This document shows positions 10,067-24,196 of a stretch of 64,000 bases of DNA, one piece after another. The notes under the pieces were generated by a model. It had not been told where the DNA came from and searched no databases. It was given only the letters and a program-made list of their open reading frames with translations. The DNA comes from Paraspadella gotoi. Lineage: Eukaryota; Animalia; Chaetognatha. Numbering within the stretch: the stretch's first letter is position 1; the number at the start of each line of letters is the position of its first letter. The stretch lies in contig CM119265.1 of assembly GCA_051294375.1 (NCBI GenBank), forward strand, positions 7,077,489-7,141,488, given 5' to 3'. A program made the translations under genes and the position numbers.

Positions 10067-13000
10067 ATGAACACTTATTATGAAAAGATAGAACGTTTGG
10101 CGAAGTACTACACTCTCATTAAGAAGCGAGTACTTCAGCATCAAAGTTTGACGTTAGGGTTGTTTCCGTGCGCGATTCAAGGATCCTACGGAAATGAAGC
10201 ACACGTTCGGTATTTATATGGTTTTTTTAATTATTATTTTAGGAAAAAGTTTTTGAAATTTCCAGAACGAGTTTAGTCGGACATTTTTCGACTCTTGTCG
10301 TTAGAAATTGTTGTCGAAATTTCAAAAACTGTTTTCCCTAAATTATTATTTAAAAAAAAGCTATTTTCAGCTCATTTTGTCATTAGGGAAAGCATTTACT
10401 GTGCGGCCGCAATATGGACCCTGTCCACGGCCTACAAGACTGTGGACGCTGATCAAGGTATTTTATTTTATTTTATTTTGCCCAAATACAACATAGTTTT
10501 CGATACCATGTTATTACAAAAAGGACGAGCACGCGAGTTGGAGCAGAGCGCCGTCAAAACTATGCGAGGGATTCTTTTCTGTTGGATGGGGCAGGCGGAG
10601 AAAGTGGAAAAGTTCAAAAACCGTCAAGCGCCTAAAAACTCACTTCACTGCAGATTCGATATGCTGACAGGCATCGCTCTAAATTCTTTAAATTGTCATT
10701 ATAACTCGTTTGAATTTTCCAATATTCGCTCGAAGGTAAACCCACTCGGGGCGATGACTACGAGCACCTGCAACTGGAAATCGTCTCTTTGTTCCTCATC
10801 TACTTGGTTCAGATGACGTCGTCCGGCCTTCAAATCGTCTTCTCCCTCGATGAGGTCGATTTCGTTCAAAATTTAGGCGAGTGGAGGAAAATTCGTATGC
10901 ATTTTGTAACGATGGCGGGTTCTTTTAGAAAATATTTAGTTAAAAATTAACTTGATTTTTTAGTCGATTTTTACTAGTAGCCTTTTCCTCAACGTTTTGA
11001 AAGTCTTAGAAAGTGTGAAGACATTCTTTACGCAGTCTTTTACGTGGAGCGATGCTATCGAACGCCCGACTACGGCATGTGGGGTCGAGGAACACGAAAC
11101 AATGACGGGACGCCTGAGCTCCACGGATCTTCTATTGGCTTCGCCAAGGCGGCCCTGGAAAGCGTCAACGGTTTTAGCCTTTACGGGTCGGTTGGATGGA
11201 ATCTGAATATCTTTTATATTATATTTTATGAATGTCAACTGTTTAGCATCTTATTTCCAGTGATGACGTGATATCGGGTCGAAGCGTTTTGTTCTGCGAT
11301 GTGGACGCCAACGCGAGAAATCGCTCGATCTTCGAGTTGAGGCTCCCGAGAGAATCGGATTCGAAAAATACTGACGCCGCACTCATCACCGGTGGGGAAA
11401 GTCGCTCATATATAATGATTTTTAATAATGTTTTTATTTTTATTTCACTTTTTAAATACCTATCGAATTTGTAGTAATGGGTTATCCCGCTTTCGCGACT
11501 CATAAGCCCTGGCTTCGTAAAAAAACAATGGAAAAGTGCAAGAAAAAGTTGGAGGGTCATTTTGGGTTCCGGAGGTTCGTGCGGGACGGCTATCGGAACG
11601 CGCTGGAAGATCCCAACCGAAAGTTCTACGAGGCCGGAGAAGTGAAGAACTTTGACAAGGTTAGCCGGTTCGTTAAAATCAAGCGCGAAAGTCGAAAGAA
11701 GCAAAGATTTTCTGATTATTTTCTAATCTTATTTAGGTCGAAAACGAGTGGCCGGTATTTTTTGCCTTCATGTTGATAACCGCCATTTTCGACGGCGACG
11801 AAAAAGCGAGGGAGAAATACCAAAAGGCTTTGGAGAAGGTGGTGGTCAAAGATGACGTTGAACACGGTCGCATGTTATCGCCCGAAGATATGGCGGTTCG
11901 TTTCGTCGTCCTCGTTATTAACAATGAGCGAGAGAGCATTGGATTACATATTAGATTCGTTTGATTTGGCGCAGGACAAAGAGGTCATGTGCACGAGCGG
12001 AGAGTTCGACGCCAGCGCCGCGCGTTTGCCTCTTTTCTATTACGTTCCCAAAAATCTCATTGACAAGGTGAATTCTATCTTAAATTACTTGATTTCCTGA
12101 TTATCAGGAGAAAATACCTTACCATCCGATGAACCTTCAGGAGCGGGCGATTCCCGGGAGTCAACCGCGTATGTCTTCGCCTTGTTTTTCTCTGGGAGCT
12201 CAAGCCATTTTTCTAATTTCGCAGATGTTGGAAGAAAACCTTTTGAGTCTCGACGATCTCGACCCTAAAAGGTTGCACGAAGCTATTATGAATTGTTTTT
12301 TTACAACCACTGTAATATATTTCCAAAAAAATATTAGTAATCATCTGCTTCCCAACGTTTTCAGATTACGGCTTCCGGCCAACGTTAGACCAAGGCAGAG
12401 TCACAGATACGCCTCATATTCTACTGCTCCTCCGGACTTGCGGTCTGTCGCCTGGAAATGAGACCTAACGGCAAACTTGTTCGATTTTTACCAATTCTTT
12501 CAAAAAATCCCTTTGCAGTATTCAAATCGTGCCGATTGCTGAAAGCGTCGAGCTGCAGAAGACGTTGAAGACGTTCGGCATCGAGTCGCAGACGCCGTTG
12601 CAGGTCAACCCCATCATCATACTCCCTCAGTTGGAATTGGTTGATATCTTCCGAGACCTGGGGCTAAACAAACGGCTGGGTCTTGGAGGGCGGCCATCGC
12701 GCCCGTTCGGCGTTCTCAGCACTTCGAAGATTTACCGAGTCGCCGGACGAGAGGTCGTCTCTTACCCGATCACGCTCGAAGCGGCCAGCTTTTACCGCAG
12801 TCTCGACATGAACCTTCTGCTGGACAACATTAGGGCGGATCTCTTCTTCATAGCGAACCGGTGGAAAATGGGTAATTGGACGGTGGAACAATTTTTCTAG
12901 CCCTCGAAGACTAATACCTCATATCTCATTAGTTGGACGTCCCGTTTACATCATCCCGCTGCGTGAGTCTCATCTAAAGGGCTCCCACCTAAATTCTTTA

Positions 13001-16000
13001 CTCGAGCTCTTCGCAGAAATGAAACGAGGTTTTTGCAGAGGAGTTTCCAACGGATCCCGACTTTCTGTCGTAAGTTTAGCTGATCGTTTTCGTTTAGATT
13101 TACTACTTTTCTTCCTTATCTTTCTACAGCGTCAGAACAGCTTTCCAGGCGCGCAGCCTTCCCTCGTTGATTGGTCGGGAGGCGTGCCTGTGCAACTGAC
13201 TCGTCTGCAATTGGCGTTGACGGCCGCTTCCGTCGATCATCTCGACTTTGTGGACATCGACATCGAGTTGGGGACACTCAAATGCCTCGAGTACGTTTCT
13301 TCTCTCCCGCATTCTCTTAATTATGTCTAGGTTTATTAGTCAAACTGGAAAACTGACAATTTTTATCTTGACGGGCCTTGTTATATGCAAATTAGCATAT
13401 AGTATAAGAAAAAAGTTACCAGGAAATGAAGACGTTTTCTTTTTCAATAACGATTTGATTTTATTATGACAGGGACAAAATCAAATCGTTGTTTGAAAAG
13501 TCTTTGTCTTCATTTCCTGGTATCTAAAACACAACGAAAAGAAAGAACTTTCGCAAGAAAAAAGTTGTATTATTTTATTATTATTCTTTTATTACTATTA
13601 TACTATTACTAGGTCGCTTTTTCTTTGTTTTTCTCAGTCGCTGCCTCTTCTGATTCGAGTTGAGATCTGCAGCGGTTGGACTTTTTTTTCTTTCTGTATT
13701 TTTTTTTCTCTCTTTTTTCTTTCTCTCTCTTTTTTTCTTTCTCTCTCTCTCTCCATTTTTCTTTCCCTCTTTATTTTTTCTCTCTCTCTCTCTTTTTCTT
13801 TCTCTCTCTCTCTCTCTTTTTCTTTCTCTCTCTCTCTCTGTTTTCTTTCTCTCCTCTCTCTGTTTTTCTCTCTCTCTCTCTTTTCTTTCTTTCTCTCTCT
13901 CTTTCTTTCTCTCTCTCTTTTTCTTTTTCTCTCTCTTTTTCTTTCTTCTCCCTTTTTCTTTCTCTCCTCTCTCTTTTTTTTTTTCTCTCTCTTTTTTCTC
14001 TCTTCTCTTCTTCTTTTTCTTTCTCTCTTTTTCTTTCTTTCTCTTCTCTCTTTTTCTTTTTTTCTCTCTATCTTTTTTCTTTCTTTCTCTCTCTCTCTCT
14101 TTTTCTTTCTCTCTCTCTCTGTTTTCTTTCTTCTCGCTCTCTTTTTCTTTTTTTTCTCTCTATCTTTTTCTTCTTTCTTCTCTCTCTCTTCTTCTTTCTT
14201 TTTTCTCTCTCTCTCTGTTTTTTCTTTCTCTCTCGCTCTCTTTTTCTTTCTCTCTCTCTCTTTCTCTTTTTCTTTCTCTCTCTCTTTTTCTTTCTCTCTC
14301 TCTCTTCTTTCTTTCTCTCTCTCTTTTCTTCTTCTCTCTCTCTTTTTTCTTTCTCTCTCTCTCTTTTTCTTCTCTCTCTTCTCTTTTCTTTCTCTCTCTC
14401 TCTCTTTCTTTTCTTCTCTCTCTCTCTTTTTCTTTCTCTCTCTCTCTTTTTCTTCTCTTCTCTCTTTTTCTTTCTCTCCTCTCTTTCCTTTCTCTTTTTC
14501 TCTTTTTCTTCTCTCTTTTTTCTTTTTCTTTCTCTCTTCTTTCCTTTCTTCTCTCTCTCTTCTCTTTTCTTTCTTTCTCTCTCTCTCTCTTTTCTTTCTT
14601 CTCTCCTCTTTTCTTTCTTCTCTCTTCTCTCTTTTCTTCTTTTCTCTCTCTCTCTTTTTTCTTTCTTTCTCTCTCTTTTTCTCTTTTCTTTCTTTCTTCT
14701 CTCTCCTCTTTTCTTTCTTTCTCTCTCTTCTTTTTTTCTTTCTTTCTCTCTCTCTCTTTTTCTTTCTTTCTCTCTTTTTTTCTTTTTCTCTTTTTCTGTT
14801 TCTCTCTCTCTTTTTCTCTCTTTTTCTTTCTCTCTCTTTTTCTCCCTCTTTCTTTTTCTCTCTTTTTTTTTTTCTCTCTCTCATCAATAATTCGTTATCA
14901 TAGTGTCAATCATTTGTTATCGCATCAATAATTTGTTATCGTATCAATAATTTGTTATCTCATCAATAATTCGTTATCGCATCAATACTTCGTTATCATC
15001 GCATCAATCATCTGTTATAATTGCATCAATTCATTATCATCGCTTCAATCATTCGTTTTTTTCGGATAGATATTGAGCGATGGATCATTGTTTTTTAGGA
15101 TTTTTTAGTTACTTTTCTTTGATAGTACCCTCTGGCGAGATTACTATACTTTTAAGATTTTTTGAAATACGCACATGCTCATGTAAAAACTTTCAACCTT
15201 ACCAAACTACCAAACTAATTATGGTCAGATTGCCAGTCGCATTCCTGAAAAAAAATCTTCTCCAACAAGACTTTTTTATTTCAGGCAAATCAGGGGCGAC
15301 CCCAGCATCATTGACTTGTCTCTCAACGAATTGTCTATGGCTTCTAATCCGCCAGCGAAGACGTTACGGAGTAAAGAGCTAAACGCGGCGCGGATTTTGG
15401 AGGACGCAAAGAAATTGTCGACTCACGACATATTGCGGACGCTGGATCACGGTCGGACATCATCGCAGATTATATTCAATTTTATATATTATCTTATTAA
15501 CAAATCCTTGACCATAGACAGTTGTTCCTCGCCGCATTTATCGTCCATTTGGGCGCAGGGCGTCCTACTCAGCGTCATCTACGAGCGAGAAGGAGCGGAG
15601 TTTCCCTCGTGCCGAGGAAAGATCGGGGACAGAATGTTGGGCCTCATTCACAAAGCCGCCAATTACGGTCTTTGGACGGAAGTTCGGTTAGGATGCACGA
15701 GCCAACTTTGGCTTTACTTCTCCTCAACGACGAGCAAATTTTAAATGGCAATGGTTTTTATCTTTAAAGCATGATGTCAACCAAGATGGGCCACCTTTCG
15801 GACTCGCTGGCTCCGTCGTTGACGATGCTCCTCGTCCAGGGGAAACGGGTCACCCTAGGCGTCATCCCCTCCTTCTTCGTCGAACGTAACGGTGTCCTCG
15901 ACGCCTTCGATCCCAAAGCCGCAGCCATCGACGAGAAGCTCGGAGAGGTGTTCGTCGACAGTCCCATCCTGCCTGCCGAAATCAAGAAAATTCTCTACGA

Positions 16001-17237
16001 AAGATGCTCGCCGTTTTCCTGCACGCAGGCTGTGCTGCAGCAGGAACTTATTCTCGGTTGCGCCCAGTTAGCCACGTTAAAGGTCTCCTTTGTTTTTTTT
16101 TCCCTTTATTACAATTTTTGCACAATGTCTTCCTTTATTTTTAGCCCCATTTATTCGACGGTATTCTCACCATTCGCATGGGCTGGATATTACGAGCCAT
16201 GAGAATTCAATTGACGCAGGAGCACGCCCGGTGAGCCGAGATTCTCAGACTCAAATCAAAAACAAAAAAATAATATGTACCTTTTTTGGGGGGGAAAGGC
16301 GAACAAACGCGAGGCAAGAGCTGCCTCTGCTTTCCCTCAACAACCTTTCTCCTTCGGATATGCTTCATCTCCTGGAGCGCACACTCGCAGCTGGCGCCCA
16401 GGAAATCCCTTCCGCGACGACGTCGATCTCCGACGGCAAAACCCCTCTGGAATGGCGCCGGTTGAGGGGGGCGCTTAATCGGATGCCGACTGATATTTAC
16501 GAACGAGTGTGGGCCATTCTAGGAAGGTAAGTCTCGAAAGTTCGGCGATCCATTCCAAAGAAAAATTTTTCTCCGATAAATTTTTTTTTCAGAGCCCCGC
16601 GTGGCATCATCATTTGCGAACAACTTCTGCCTTCTGACCCGACTCTTCAGGTTTGCCATTGTTAAACTTTAAATAAATTATTTTAAAGAGATAATAATGT
16701 TAATTTTATGGCCCCTCTTACAAGATAATTTAACATAGCAGGTCCCTGCAAGATTATGTGATGTTATTAACTTATATTCATTTTGTGTTTACAGGAAATG
16801 ACTTTGTCTGAACTGAGTTTCGCCCTGACGATCGAAAACTTGCTCAGCAAAATACGTCATCCGGAATATCGCCAATGTAAATAGTTTATGGTTTGAATAA
16901 GTTTACTGAACCGAATCACTTTTCGTTTTTTCATTTCTTTAATTCAGTGATCGTGGAACTCGTGATGGTTGTCTCGACCATCTTGACTCGAAACCCCGAG
17001 CTAAGTTTCTCCGACCCCGTTAATCTTGACGCGATTGTACGGGCCGCCTTCGCCCTCTTTCAGCGCGACGTTGACGAACGGGACGGGGACGTCAAAGAAG
17101 ACGAAGTCTGGAACCGATTCTATTCTCTCCCTCCCGACATTACGTGCGGATCCTCCAACTATTTAATCAAAACCACCCTGGAAATTCTGCTCAAGAACGA
17201 TATTTGTTCAAAAGACGGTCTGTGTGGGACTCAATGA
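10067..17237 (+). CDS. PHKB: Phosphorylase b kinase regulatory subunit beta (about 20 exons; start uncertain)
   Basis: Spliced peptides match PHKB motifs: [118 protein letters not shown]. Ends in CaaX-like CGTQ. Confidence 0.93.
13680..14880 (+). repeat. ~1.2 kb polypyrimidine (CT/T) tract in a PHKB intron
   Basis: Almost only C and T on the plus strand; source of the spurious SLF-rich and REK-rich ORFs. Confidence 0.95.
14881..15058 (+). repeat. Minisatellite, ~19-22 nt unit (catcaataatttgttatcg-like), about 9 copies
   Basis: Repeated catcaat...gttatc units directly after the CT tract. Confidence 0.85.
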
Positions 17238-19293
17238 CTATTGTAGGTTTTTCTTTGAATTATACTTTTTCTTTCTTTTAACTCTTGAGCTTTGTTGTTT
17301 TTAAAGTGCAACGATGTAGGAGTGGGACTGAGATTGATGAAATCTCAATCTCATTTAGTATTATTCTAAGAATCTCTCTTACAACGACACTGTCACTGGT
17401 GTGAAAAAGTTTGATTCTAGTCTTAAATAGTTTAATTTTTACATTTTTTCCTTCGCTTAGTTCTTTTGAACATTTCATTATACCATTTTATTCGAATACA
17501 ACAAGGTTGATTCAGTACAATCATAATCAACAACGACAGCAACAAAGATTCAATTATAAATTAAGAAGTGTTTTTAGATATTAATACAGAACAAACGTTG
17601 ATCTTTCAAATTATTTCACGTATTACAAAACATAACAGAAGCTTAAAAACCAATGATATTCAGACAATTACAATTATTAGCTAATTTTAGTTATTCATAT
17701 TATAAGCATTGAACGTCCTATTATTTCCCTCTCGTTAACGTGCTCAAGAGTTCAACTTATCGGGGCAAACAGGTCTTGTGCTGCACAATTAAAGTTTTGA
17801 ACATAATAGAATGATGTGAAAATGATAAAATTTTAGAAAATTAAAATTTAGCATATAAAACATGAACATAAAAACCATTAAAAATACTTTGGTAAATTTA
17901 TTTTTTAATTTTATACATAAGTATAATATATATAATATATATAATAGGCTAAAATTTTAAGATACAAATTTTTAAATTTTAAGATCTGATTTGGATTCCT
18001 TGCAAAAAGTTGATGAAAGAAAGTATAATTCTTTTTTAGGAAAAACAGTTTTTAAGGTCAACAAATTCTTTTTTAAAAATCAAAAATATAAAAAAACTAT
18101 TTTTAAGACACCGATTTTCAATAAGCGGACTGGGCTACTATATTTATAAAAAAAAGATAAATAACTACAGATTAGTATTCTCTAATATGATAATTTTCAA
18201 GATATAACTGCTAAATTTTGATTCCAAACTTTAACTTCACTCTAATAATCAATTCTACCCAATTACAATTGCTTAAAAGATTTGCCTCTAAAGGAGTGTT
18301 CAACCGGTGTGTTACCCAAAGTTCATGAGGCCGTCTTTTATTGGTTGTCTGTTCCGTTCCACTTCCTGATTGGCTGAAATGCCATCCTTATAATACATAC
18401 TAGCTGTTTCTTGCATCTGATGTTGTTGTGGTCCTCTGCACGAAAGACCAGGCTAGATGATGAGGATGAAGAGAGGATGATTCAGAATCGTGAATCACCC
18501 ACTCGCTCGCAGAATTTATCCATTCTTTCCAAAAATTCAATCTTCAGAATAAAATACATTTAAAATACATTTAAATTTTTCATTCTTTTTCTTTGAAACT
18601 AACTCCGAAATGGCGAACCGTTTCCTCGTTCATTGGTTCATAAACATAGCCGTTTTCACGCTAGCTCTCTCACGCTTTGTTAAACCGGCCCTTCCTTTTC
18701 CGGCCCTGCTAGCTTTTGACGATAACCTGGATCTAAATTAAACCTTTTTAGTGAGCATTACAGTTTTTCTCGAAATTTGGTCAATTCACGGGGCTTTCCT
18801 CCGTATGTAGCTCATTTTTCGAGATTGCAAAGTTTTTTTCGTCGTTTTGACATAAATTTATACTTATATAATTATAGTTACACATTTTTAGCATTCTTGA
18901 TTTACATTTAGCCGCCGATATTCGTAACAGGTTGACACTGAAACAACTTATCTTCGTGGTCTTCAGCCGAACCCGCATTTTTATTGTTCTCGCTCTTTCT
19001 CTGAAACCTGTTTCTTTCTTGTGGCGAAATAAGATTTAACAGGAATAATAATTTAATCTTTGCTAATTTTTAATGCCATAAATTCATAGCCGTTGAAAAT
19101 GTTAGACTGACTTACGTATGGGAATCTCGTTACTCGTTAAAATTTCAGACGTCGCCAAAATGACGATTTCCGCTAAAAAGCCCTTTATGATGATGCGTCA
19201 TTGAAACCGTCTAAGAAAATAAACAGGAAAAATACTCGACTGTAGCCCTTGGAACATTTTGCGCGCCGTCGCTGCACCCGTGGAACCCCTAAA

Positions 19294-20935
19294 ATGTCGT
19301 CCCTACGATCGAGAGGCGATTCGTCGAGCGACAAGAAAGCGAAGAAAAGCCTAAAACCGTCGAAGATTTTAAATCGCCTCACCACGTCATCCAAGAAAAA
19401 AAAAGATGTGAGTTATGTCGGCTTATTCTTTATTTTCAGTCATAATATATATCACTGACACAGGAATTTGAAAACCGTTCAATATTTTGCATAAGTTTGT
19501 TTTTTCTAGTCTGTTTTTGTTTGTCGTCTCGTTTACTTACTATCTCTTTCTTTATCTCCGACTTTTCGACCCCCTTTCCCCAACAGTCCACGGAAGATAT
19601 GGAGATCGGCCTCCCGACGAACGTGGTGAGTCGAGTCCACGTGACCGTCAAGCAGGACGGAACCTTCGACGGTCTGCCCGACTCGTGGAAACTCATCCTT
19701 AACGCGCAGAAGATCACCAACGAGGAGATTCAGGTCCGTCTCTTTATCACTAATCAGGGTTTACAGAGAGATTAATCCCTTTCCTGACGTGGCCCATTTC
19801 TCCCTCTCCCTAGTCAGTTAAAAACCCATCCACCTTTTTTTCTTTTCCTCTTCCTTATCGGCGTACTGGCCCTCCACCTTGCCCCTCTCTTCCCGCTCCC
19901 GCTCGTGATATCTCCGCTCTTAATCTCGTCTCGTAACGAATCGAATCCTCCCCTCTTCGGGGAAAAAAAGAAGAAAATAAATCGGGTTCTGACTCGACGT
20001 CTCGATTCTTTCATCCTTTCAGCGAAATCCCGAGGCGGCGGTGAGAGCCATGAATTTCTTCCGCGATGGATCCAAGAAGAAGCATCCCTTTACGTTCCAA
20101 CCGCAGACTCTCTCCGCAGACAACACCATCGACGAGGAAGACGAAGATCCCCTCAAGTAAGGGCTTTGGTTCGGCGAGGGGATGGGATGGGAGGGGGAAA
20201 TCCTGGTGAATGCTGATACAAATATTTGGGTGAGGCGGTCGTGAACATGCACATTTCACAATGAGTTAAAAGATTTTTTTGTTTTTGAAATATTGTGCAC
20301 AACAAAATAGATGAAATATATTCCTTATTATTTGCCTTATTAATATAAGGGTAATAATGAGTGTAAATCCTAAAGAATAACGGCAATTAATCATCAATTA
20401 ATAGGAAAAAAACTTAAAATTTAAAGAAGTGGAAAACCAGAAGGACCGATCTGCTCCTAAAATTTTAAAGCGAGGGCTGCAGTCAATATGTTCTCTCCAA
20501 TAAAAATATTTTCTTTCGATTTAAAATTTTTATTGTTCTTATTTTTTTGTCTTGTCCTTTAGCTCGTTTGTTTTTTATGGTCTATTATCGTCTTATTTTT
20601 TCTCTAATTTTAAATAAGACAAATGTAAAAAGTTGTATAATTAATAGTCTCGCCAATTCAGCTTTCACGATGCTTATAAACTAATCATCTATGAATATGA
20701 TTTATATTCTATCTTTTTTTTTTTTATCTTTCTATCTTTTTTTTTATCATCTTCCCATTCTCCCTTCCGAAAAACCATCCTTTGAAAACGATCCGTTTTC
20801 TAAATCACAAATTCGTAGCTTCAGGGGAAAAAAAATGAAAATCACTGGATTTCTTTCTTTCTTTTCTTTCTTTCTTTCTTCTTTCTTTCTTTCTTTCTTT
20901 CTTTTTCTTCTTTCTTTCTTTCTTTCTTTCTTTCT

Positions 20936-20984
<49 letters not shown>

Positions 20985-22325
20985 TCTTCTTTCTTCTCTC
21001 TTTTTTTCTTGCTCTCTTTTTTTCTTTCTCTCTTTTTACTTTCTTTCTTTCCTCTCTTTCTCTATTTCTTCCTTGTCTCTTCTTCTCTCTTCTCTTATTT
21101 CTTCCTTTCTCTCTTCTCTATTTCTTTCTCTCTTTCTCTATTTCTTTATTTCCTTTTTTTTTTCTTTCTTGCCTTTCTTTCTCTCTGCCCGAAGAAATTA
21201 TTCTAGAGTTACTATAAAAAATGTTGTTTATAATTTTCTTACTCCCTCAGTGATTCACGCGATGATTTGTCTACATCCGGCCGGCGGCAGTCGGGTTCAC
21301 ACGCCTCCACTGAGTCGGAAGAGGACCTCCGTCGATCGGCGGTGGGGAAAGCGTCGCAGTCTTCGCTCGATCCCAAACTCGACAAAGAATCTCGTCTTGA
21401 TTCCGCCTCCGCCTCGCCCTGCAGAGGTCCGGAAATAGCAAGCCAAGAGGCTGTCTTCCTCCTACCACAATATAAACCCACTTCTCGTCTCACTTTTCAG
21501 AAACTGTGATACTCTCGCCCAGCCTTCCCAACGCACCCCACAATTCTTTGGCCGATGGTCAAACTCCCACCGCCGAAAAACCCTCTCCAGGTAGCAAGGA
21601 TCGTACTCGTATTATTTATAAATGTTTGGGAGTTATATTAAATAAACATAAACGATCGTACCGACCTGACCTGACTCGGACCTGAGCAAATATTTCCATT
21701 GTTTTTGTAGTCGACTTCCTCAATCATCGCCTTTCGCGGTTGTCGCTGGTCAAAGACAAATCCCCGTCGCCTCTCCCCTCGCCGTCGTCCCCGGCGGCGC
21801 CTAGCCCGGACACGCCCACCGAAACCGGCGTCAACGAGAACCAACGACAGACACTGACGCTTGCGTCCGACGGCGCCGTCGTCAATGGCGACTCGGTCGC
21901 CGCCGCCGCCGCTGACCGCCATCCGAGCAAAAGCGACACTGGCTACTTTAGCAACGAGAACTTGCTCGACAATTCGCTGGACCGAGTGAGCGAAAGTTCC
22001 AGATTTTTGGGCGGTGTTTTTTAATCGCCTCAACCCTAAATCGAATTTAAATCCGCCCCCCTCCTCGAAGACCGATCCCAGATTTATATTATGTCGATTT
22101 TTCTTTTTCCTTCGGATCAGGTCGAGACTTCCAGCGGGTTGCCCAAATCCGAGTCAACGCCTGAGAAGCTACAACAACAACAACAAAAGCAACCGCAGCC
22201 GAAAAGTTTAAACTCGGAAAGTCAAAAACCGAAGATCGAAAAACCCGATGATCACAGTACGGCCAAGAAAAACAAAGACGACGATACTGAGGGTACAAAA
22301 GAATGAAGGGATTGTGAAGAATGCC

Positions 22326-22377
<52 letters not shown>

Positions 22378-24196
22378 TAATGACATGTTTGTATCGGCTC
22401 CCTTATGTAATATCGGTCAAAGTCGTAATACTTACGAGAAGTTTGATACGTTCGACGGGTTAGAGTTGAAGAGGTTACGAAAGTTTTAAAACGTTATCGA
22501 TCGATAACGAATTCTTTTCGTCGCTTTTCCCCTCAAATTCCCACATGTCGGGAATCCTTATTCATTCCGAAGTGTTTCGATCTTCCTTCGCTCCAGACGG
22601 GACGACGACACTACGTCGGCAACCTGGGGCCAAGCGAAAAATCAGCAAGGAAGAGGCCGTTGCTCAGTTGAAGCCATTCTGCAAAATCCTGGAAATCCAA
22701 GAGTTGGAGAAGCGCTACGACGTCTCGAAGAAGTTGGGTAGCGGGGCCAGCGGATGCGTCTGTCTGGCTACGGACAAAACAACGCAGGAGCAGGTCGCAA
22801 TCAAGATCATCACCATCGCGGACCAACCCCGCAAGGAGATGATCGTCAACGAGCTCAAGGTGCTCAGTCGCCACAAGTCGCACCCCAACTGCATCAACTT
22901 TTTAGGTTCGTCGGACGTAACGAATTTATATATGTGTTTTATTCGTTTACAACAATTAGTTGAAACAGTACATTCAAAAGGGCATACAGCATTACAGATA
23001 AACGCATAAATTGTACAGTTTACAATTCAACAAAATATAAATATTTAAATTAACAGAACGAAAAAAGAAAAAAAAAATGGAACATGGCAGATAAACTATT
23101 TTTTAATTAAACCAAAAAGATGTTTTTATACTAGTCAGTTTTCTTACTTAAATATATTAAAAAAATGGATTCTTCCTCGTTTAAAGAGGTTGGCGAATGA
23201 CGATTGTCAGCCTACCAGCATTTGGAATTGACGCAATTTGGTATTTATCTTATTTAAGGTTCTTATCTGGTGCCGGCCGACGACAACCCTGAAGATTTGG
23301 AGGAACTTTGGATCGTAATGGAATACATGGACGGCGGTGCGTTAACGGACGTCGTCACGGAGACGGTCATGAGAGAAGGGCAAATTGCCGCCGTCACCAA
23401 AGAGGTTTTGCTTGGTAGGTTCCATTCGGAAATAATTCTAAGCGGATCTCGAGCTAAATTGTGCTTTTGTTCTTCGGTTTCGACACGTGACTTTGATAAT
23501 TAATAGCCTAACCTTTAACCCTCTTTCTTTTCTGTTTGACAGCCCTCCAACACCTCCACGCCAACCACATCGTCCACCGAGACATCAAGAGCGATAACGT
23601 CCTGCTTGGAATGGACGGAACCGTCAAACTCACCGATTTCGGTTTCTGCTCACACTTTTCCCGCGACACGATGAGGAAGACGACTGTCGGGACCCCGTAC
23701 TGGATGAGTCCCGAAATCGTCAACAAAAAACCCTACAACGAAAAGGTCGACATCTGGTGAGCATCTGTCGCTGTTTTGGTTTAATTTCCTTCAGCGAATC
23801 CTCAATTTGGTCGTCATATCAGGTCGTTGGGAATCATGATAATCGAAATGGTGGACGGGGAGCCGCCCTACCTGGATCAAACGCCCCTTAAAGCTATATA
23901 TTTAATCGGTGAGGATGTCTTCTTTTCGTACGAGCGAAGACTGACAGTCTATTCAATTACGACCAACTCGCTCTATATCTTTTTTCCTGTTTTTAGCCAA
24001 CAACGGGAAGCCTGAGGTCAAGTCCAAGTCCTCCATGTCCGCCGAGCTCGTCGATTTTCTCGATCGCTGCATCCACGTCAACCCCGACCATCGCGCCACC
24101 GTCGACGAACTCCTGCAACATCCCTTCCTCCAGAAGGCCGAAAGGCTTAGTCGGTTGACGCCGCTCATTAGAGCCGCCAAGGATTGCCTCAAATGA
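19294..24196 (+). CDS. PAK: p21-activated kinase, group I/Pak3-like (Ste20 family), multi-exon
   Basis: [18 protein letters not shown]...FDGLPDSW...RNPEA. Kinase motifs [59 protein letters not shown]. All exon phases join. Confidence 0.93.
20849..21186 (+). repeat. (TTTC)n / pyrimidine tract in a PAK intron
   Basis: Direct inspection. Confidence 0.9.

Noticed and set aside
13634-14931. Three ~400-aa ORFs (REK-rich and SLF-rich)
   Set aside because: Translation of an intronic CT/GA tract that lacks stop codons by composition.
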